From Candidatus Altimarinota bacterium (lineage in GTDB: Bacteria > Patescibacteriota > Gracilibacteria > BD1-5 > UBA2023), in NCBI GenBank assembly GCA_031386685.1, contig JANNCQ010000067.1:71-64070 (forward strand): a stretch of 64,000 bases of DNA, written 5' to 3'. The notes below the pieces were generated by a model. It had not been told where the DNA came from. It saw nothing but the letters and a program-made list of their open reading frames with translations, and searched no databases. Both the position numbers and the translations under genes were made by a program. Of the stretch, positions 59,140 to 64,000 are shown one piece after another (positions within the stretch are counted from its first letter, which is position 1; each line of letters opens with the position of its first letter).

Positions 59140-60117
59140 TTAGTCGTCTCCAAGAAGTTTGAGACCGCGACCTTTGAGAGCCTCTCTGACTTCTGTCATT
59201 GCCTTCTTTCCGAAACCTTTGATCGAAGAGAGTTTTGCTTCTGTACATTTTGTGAGCTGCTCGATAGAGAGTATATCTCAGTTGACGAGAGCATTGAGTG
59301 TACGCGGTGAGAGTCCCATGATTTCGATCGGAGTATAAGTCTCCTTTTCCAGATCTGCTTTGACTTCTTGTTTCTCACGTTCGATCACTTCACGGATATC
59401 AGAGATGAACTCTCCACCGACTTGTAATTTCTCTTCATTGAAGAGAGAGAAGTATGATTCAAGCATTCGGCTCGAGAACTTCATGACTTCTGAAGGAGAC
59501 ATGACGCCATTAGTTCGGACAGAAATTTCGAGAGAATCAAGAGAAGTGAGCTCACCATAGCGAGTCGTCTTGATTTCATATTTTACATTTTGTACAGGAG
59601 AGAAGTTCGCATCGAGTACGAGAACTTCCACATCTTCTTCTCGTTTCTTAAGATCATCGATAGACACATATCCGACATTTTTCTCGACTCGAAGCTGCAT
59701 AGAGAAATCAAATCCAGCATCAATAGTCGTGATATAACAGTCAGGATTGAGTATCTCGATACCTGTAGGGCACTTGATATCAGCACCAGTGACAATACCT
59801 CCTTTCTTTTTTGTAAGGGTAAGCCATTCAATATCAGTAGAATCTTTTTTGACGACGAGAGTTTTGACATTGAGCATCATATCGAGGACTGATTCACGGA
59901 CACCAGGAAGAGTCGAATATTCATGAGAAACTCAAGCGATCTTCACTCCAGTGACACGAGCACCTGGAATAGAAGAAAGCATAACACGACGAAGAGAGTT
60001 TCCAAGAGTGACAGCATATCCACTAGGAAGAGGTTCAATGACGAAGAGTTCTTCTGTAGCAGAGATGATTTCACGACGAATTTTTGGAACTCCGATGACA
60101 TTATGGAGGATATGCAT
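59140..60117 (-). CDS. rpoA: DNA-directed RNA polymerase subunit alpha
   Basis: [32 protein letters not shown], plus a C-terminal domain with [10 protein letters not shown]. Three track ORFs are joined by TGA. 325 aa. Confidence 0.92.
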
Positions 60118-60162
60118 AGATCGAAGGAGAGGTAAGTAAGAAGAAGCTTGGTATATCAGAGA

Positions 60163-60783
60163 TTATTTTGAGTAGAACTCGACGATACGCTGGACATCGA
60201 TCATTTGGTCGAAGTCACCTTTTTCTGGAAGAGCGGTGACCGTGATAGAAAGTTTTTTTGGATCGACAGTGAGCCAGCGAGAAGCGGTGATCTGAGCGGT
60301 AGCATTTTTCGAAGCAAATGACTGGAACTCTTCTACGAGAGTTTTATAGAGAGGAGATTCTTTCATACGTTCCTTGAGAGTGATGACATCACCGATAGAA
60401 AGCTCATATGAAGGGATATTCACTTTCTTCCCATTAATAAGGAAGTGTGCGTGCCCGACAGTCTGACGAGCCTGCATGATCGTTCGAGCAAAGTTTGCTC
60501 GGAAGATGACATTATCGAATCGAGTCTCGAGAAGCGAAAGCATAGCATCACCCGTAACACCTGATACCTTTACAGCACGATCATAATAACGAGAAAACTG
60601 CTTTTCAGTAAGTCCAAACTGACGTTTTGCAGCTTGCTTCTTACGAAGTTGAACTCCAAATTCAGAAAGCTTTCCAGCACGCTTCACTTTTCTGTTATTA
60701 TTTTCGAGGTTATATTTCTCTACGCCGAAGAGATTGTACCCTTCACGGCGGCAGAGTTTCATTTTAGGTCCAGTGTAACGCAT
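60163..60783 (-). CDS. rpsD: 30S ribosomal protein S4
   Basis: Track ORF of 206 aa. MRYTGPKMKLCRREG..YGVQLREKQK-like region and an S4 domain. Confidence 0.95.
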   Translation of the reverse strand: MRYTGPKMKLCRREGYNLFGVEKYNLENNNRKVKRAGKLSEFGVQLRKKQAAKRQFGLTEKQFSRYYDRAVKVSGVTGDAMLSLLETRFDNVIFRANFARTIMQARQTVGHAHFLINGKKVNIPSYELSIGDVITLKERMKESPLYKTLVEEFQSFASKNATAQITASRWLTVDPKKLSITVTALPEKGDFDQMIDVQRIVEFYSK

Positions 60784-60876
60784 AAATTAATAGATTTTAG
60801 AGTTTAGATTATAGATTTTTGGATCAGAGACTATTCTATTTCTAGAATCTAGCATCTCGAATCTGTGATCTTTTTT
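60784..60876 (-). repeat. intercistronic repeat module 6 (rpsK to rpsD)
   Basis: Core CACAGATTCGAGATGCTAGATTCTAGAAATAGAAT plus four degenerate heptads. Confidence 0.85.
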
Positions 60877-61269
60877 TTAAAGTTTACGAGCCTTACGTTT
60901 GCGGCATCCATTGTGTGGAACAGGAGTGATATCATAGATGCCGATAAGTTCTACTCATGCATTGATGATTCCACGGATTGCTTGTTCACGACCAGCACCG
61001 ATACCCTTCACATAGACATGAGCCTTCTCGACATTATGTAGAGTCTTTGCTTTTCCGACTGCCTGTTCACTCGTAATTTGAGCAGCATATGGTGTTGCTT
61101 CACGAGCACCCTTGAAGCCTGCAGTACCTCAGGTCGACCACGTGAGTACTTGACCTGAGAGATCAGATACGACGACATGAGTATTATTGAGGGTAGCAGT
61201 GATGCTGATGATTGCTTCTGGGACATTTTTACGAGTTTTTTTGGAGCGGCGGAGTGTAGCTTTTGCCAT
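60877..61269 (-). CDS. rpsK: 30S ribosomal protein S11
   Basis: ITATLNNTHVVVSDLSGQVLTWST-G-GTAGFKGAREATPYAAQ..GIGAGREQAIRG. 130 aa. Confidence 0.92.
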
Positions 61270-61361
61270 AAATTTTTAGATTTTAGATTTTAGATTTTAG
61301 ATTTTAGATCTGAGACTGTTCTATTTCTAGAATCTATCATCTCGAATCTATAATCTTATGA
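61270..61361 (-). repeat. intercistronic repeat module 7 (rpsM to rpsK)
   Basis: Core TATAGATTCGAGATGATAGATTCTAGAAATAGAAC plus (ATCTAAA)x4-5 ending 6 nt before ATG. Confidence 0.9.
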
Positions 61362-61727
61362 TTACTTCTTCTTATTCATCACCGTGACGACCTTACCCTT
61401 ACGAGTTCGAGCATTGGTCTTCGTTCTCTGTCCACGTACTGGAAGGCGCTTCTTATGGCGAGATCCTCGATAACATCCGATATCTTGAAGGCGCTTGATA
61501 TTACTTGATACCTCTCGGCGAAGATCACCCTCTATGATATAGAGTTTGAGTTCCTCACGGATTTTATCGAGCTCTCCTTCAGAGAGATCGCCCATCTTCT
61601 TATTCCAAGCGATACCTACCTTTGTAAGGATCTTCTGAGCAAGAGGACGACCGACACCATATATATACATGAGAGAGATTTCTGCATGTTTGCTATCCGG
61701 GAGATTTACTCAAGCGATACGAGCCAT
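61362..61727 (-). CDS. rpsM: 30S ribosomal protein S13
   Basis: MARIA-G-VNLP (TGA at 61710-12 is the invariant Gly) ..[36 protein letters not shown]. Confidence 0.93.
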
Positions 61728-61812
61728 AATAGAAAAGAAATTAGATTTTAGATTTTAGATTTTAGATCCGATACAGTTCTATCTAGAATCTGTAATCTCG
61801 AATCTTGGCTCA
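61728..61812 (-). repeat. intercistronic repeat module 8 (rpmJ to rpsM)
   Basis: Core AGATTCGAGATTACAGATTCTAGATAGAAC plus (ATCTAAA)x3-4. Confidence 0.9.
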
Positions 61813-61926
61813 CTAGCCTTGTCTTTGTTTGTGCTTTGGCTCTTGGCATATCACACGTACGACACCCTTACGACGGATGACGACACACTTATCACAGATT
61901 TTCTTGACGGATGGACGGACTTTCAT
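61813..61926 (-). CDS. rpmJ: 50S ribosomal protein L36
   Basis: [37 protein letters not shown]. 37 aa. Confidence 0.9.
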   Translation of the reverse strand: MKVRPSVKKICDKCVVIRRKGVVRVICQEPKHKQRQG

Positions 61927-62015
61927 ATGTGGTAGGTTTTAGATTGTAGTTTTATAGATTGGAATCAGGATAGTTCTATTTCTAGAATCTGTAATCTAGA
62001 ATCTCTTATCTAGGT
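61927..62015 (-). repeat. intercistronic repeat module 9 (infA to rpmJ)
   Basis: Core AGATTCTAGATTACAGATTCTAGAAATAGAAC plus three degenerate heptads. Confidence 0.85.
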
Positions 62016-62279
62016 TTATTTCGAGCGATTTTGGTAGACTGGAGCATTGGCATTGGGCTTACGGAAAGTGATACGTCCGCGAGTGAGATCATAGGGAGTG
62101 AGCTCCACTGTGACGGTATCTCAGGGGATAAGGCGGATCATATTTTTCTGCATCTTCCCACTTGCATACGCACGTATGACCATGTTTGAGAAGGCTTCAG
62201 GAAGCTCTACTTCAAAAATGGCTCATGGGAGGGCTTTGAGGACTTTTCCCTCGACTTCGATTTTATCATCTTTCGGCAT
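62016..62279 (-). CDS. infA: translation initiation factor IF-1
   Basis: [55 protein letters not shown]. 87 aa. Confidence 0.92.
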
Positions 62280-62488
62280 ATGGATGCTGAAACGGGGGGA
62301 TTAATTCAAAAATAAGCTCGTGTAGTATATAAAAAAGGGCATATAAAGCAAATGAATTTCGAAAAATCTCTTGCACCCTTCTTATTCTGCTTCTGTAGAG
62401 CCTTTCTTATGAGAAATATATGAGCAAAATATGTAGTCAAAGGTGTTCCTTATTCAATAGACGACATTCAACATTATGATTTTTAATA

Positions 62489-62518
62489 TTGACAATTTAA
62501 ATTTAAAGTTATTATATA
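62489..62518 (+). promoter_or_regulatory. sigma-70-like promoter for the gene at 62553
   Basis: TTGACA (62489-94), a 17-18 nt spacer, then TTATAT/TATATA. About 35 nt upstream of the ATG. Confidence 0.35.
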
Positions 62519-62552
62519 CAAATAAAGAAACTCTATCTCTAATCTCTACACT

Positions 62553-63653
62553 ATGTCGGAATCAGACCATATCACCGCCACTAAAGAAAATCCTGGTATC
62601 CATAAACATCTTTTTCCTGAATGATTAGAGGTAGTGATACCTATAGGAGATAGACCTGATGGCATGATTAAGGTTTTACGTACAGGAAGCATACTGCGAT
62701 ACCAATTACGCAATAGTAGTGCCCTCACTTGGTTCAATTTTACATTAGCACTTAATGTACCCTCTTATAATCCGGATGCATTCACTAAGAGTTTTTCTTA
62801 TGCAACTCTCGATGAAGAATCCTGAATCGATATAGAAATATTACCCAATGGATTAGATCTTACGGAAACCTGTGACGTACTATTTGTATATCTTGCTGTA
62901 GTATTTTGAAGTTATATAAAAAATGGGGATGGAATGGAGATGCGAGCTCTTAGTATAGCTATGGCTTTAAAAGAAACAGGAGTATTTCATCATACTAACA
63001 TAAAAAGATATCTAGAAATCTGCTGACTCAATGGAAAAGGATTCCGAGAATTTAGAGGGACGCAACGAACAGTTCTTACTGAATCTCGGAGAGTTCAAGA
63101 TACATTGACACTTCAGCCTAGAGGCATGACGGAAGAATGATCCATAAGAATAACTCCTCCTAAAATAGCCCATTGAGTGAATTGATTAACTCAGGATATA
63201 TGAAGGGAAATTCCACCAAAAGCCAAAGCCGTCGTAGCATATTGAGCTACTCAAGTAGAAAATATAGTTACTCCTAGGCTCAATCCGAGTATGGTACTAC
63301 CAGCTGATCAATGAATGAATTCTTTTATAAGAAGTATTGAGGATAAGCCTCCTACTCGTGCGATCAAACTGATTGAAAGAGCAATTATTGAGAAACGTTT
63401 TGGTGAAGCTTGAAATAATCGACTTCGGTCGATTCTCGAAACTAGAAGAGGAATGACTCAGTGAGAAGTTGACATAACATCAAATACTCTACCCAATCCA
63501 AACGATTTCATCGATTGACTCTCCTGAAGTTTAGGAGACCAAGTGGATCTGCTTGAAAAACAATTAAAGCGATGAAAGCGATATGGCGAAGCCTATATAG
63601 CAGGCCTTCAAAAACACAAAGAATTACTTGAAGTTCGCTTAACCAGAAAATAA
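62553..63653 (+). CDS. hypothetical protein
   Basis: 366 aa open with TGA=Gly (many TGA codons). Contains track ORF 62634..62825. Followed by a terminator. No recognisable motif. Confidence 0.5.
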
Positions 63654-63664
63654 TTCATGATTAT

Positions 63665-63695
63665 AAAAAAATCCCAATTCAATTGGGATTTTTTC
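63665..63695. terminator. bidirectional terminator
   Basis: AATCCCAATT-C-AATTGGGATT hairpin between an A7 run and a T6 run. Confidence 0.65.
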
Positions 63696-63705
63696 TTAGT
63701 TCAGA

Positions 63706-64000
63706 CTACTTCCTCTGGACCATCTTATAGAACTCGAGGATATCTCCTTCCATGATCAAGACATCACCCTTGAAGTTGATACCACAGTCATTGCCCTCTT
63801 CGACTTCATTCACATCGAGTGGTCACATCTTCAGATTCGCGACTTCACCACTTCCGACTTTCGATCCAGCACGGATGACTCGGACTTTCGCGCGAGTCTC
63901 GATCTTTCCAGAAGTCACTCCCATACCCACGATCATCATAGAGTTATTTTTGCCTGTATAGAATATCGCTTTCACGAGAGAAGCACCGAGCTCGAGCTCT
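63706..64000 (-). CDS. infB: translation initiation factor IF-2, C-terminal end (partial, continues beyond the window)
   Basis: ..IVGMGVTSGKIETRAKVRVIRAGSKVGSGEVANLKM-G-PLDVNEVEEGNDCGINFKGDVLIMEGDILEFY matches IF-2 domain C2. Confidence 0.8.

Noticed and set aside
56157-62015. CRISPR array, because of regularly spaced direct repeats
   Set aside because: The intervening 'spacers' are conserved ribosomal genes of 114-978 bp. The repeat units are 85-98 bp with internal heptads, and no cas genes or leader are present.
1-64000. Standard-code reading: the window as a graveyard of short ORFs and pseudogenes
   Set aside because: Adjacent fragments always lie in the same frame and are separated only by TGA. 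The joined products are full-length conserved proteins, and the true ends are TAA or TAG.
1-64000. Code 4 (TGA=Trp, Mollicutes-like)
   Set aside because: TGA aligns with invariant Gly (GEMRD, GGE, GxGxxG, MARIAG, RGGRV, LGNPG, FLGD), not with Trp. TGG is used separately for Trp.

Overview
AT-rich bacterial window in which the six-frame track is fragmented because in-frame TGA is read as an amino acid. TGA falls on universally conserved glycines (PilT VV-G-EMRD, S13 MARIA-G-V, S12 IR-G-GRVKD, IF-1 IP-G-D, Pth GLGNP-G, radical-SAM G-G-E, Rossmann GxGxxG). This fits translation table 25 (UGA=Gly), as used by Gracilibacteria/Absconditabacteria (SR1) in the CPR/Patescibacteria. With TGA read through, the window is densely coded. 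Housekeeping genes: hisS, pth, tlyA, yebC, yhhQ, a PBP2/FtsI-like transpeptidase, rnc, nusB, and a minus-strand ribosomal block running infA-rpmJ-rpsM-rpsK-rpsD-rpoA-rplQ-rplM-rpsI-rpsL-rpsG-rpmA, plus the infB 3' end. Type IV pilus parts: A24 prepilin peptidase, two pilin-like genes, pilT. Also a sortase and two giant secreted proteins (1614 and 1349 aa). Accessory content: an islet with a toxin-antitoxin pair, DUF2188 and a frameshifted type IIG restriction-modification gene. The two most notable items are (1) a ~12 kb minus-strand operon-like cluster (7829-19747) with six radical SAM enzymes, an HExxH protein, a methyltransferase, a short Rossmann oxidoreductase and a His-Xaa-Ser (Hxs) module whose substrate ends in HGSHGSHGSHAAY; and (2) a ~90 nt repeat module in nine of twelve ribosomal-gene spacers, made of a conserved core with a TTCTAGAA palindrome plus variable AATCTAA heptads abutting the next start codon. 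No tRNA, rRNA or CRISPR array was seen. All coordinates come from hand translation.
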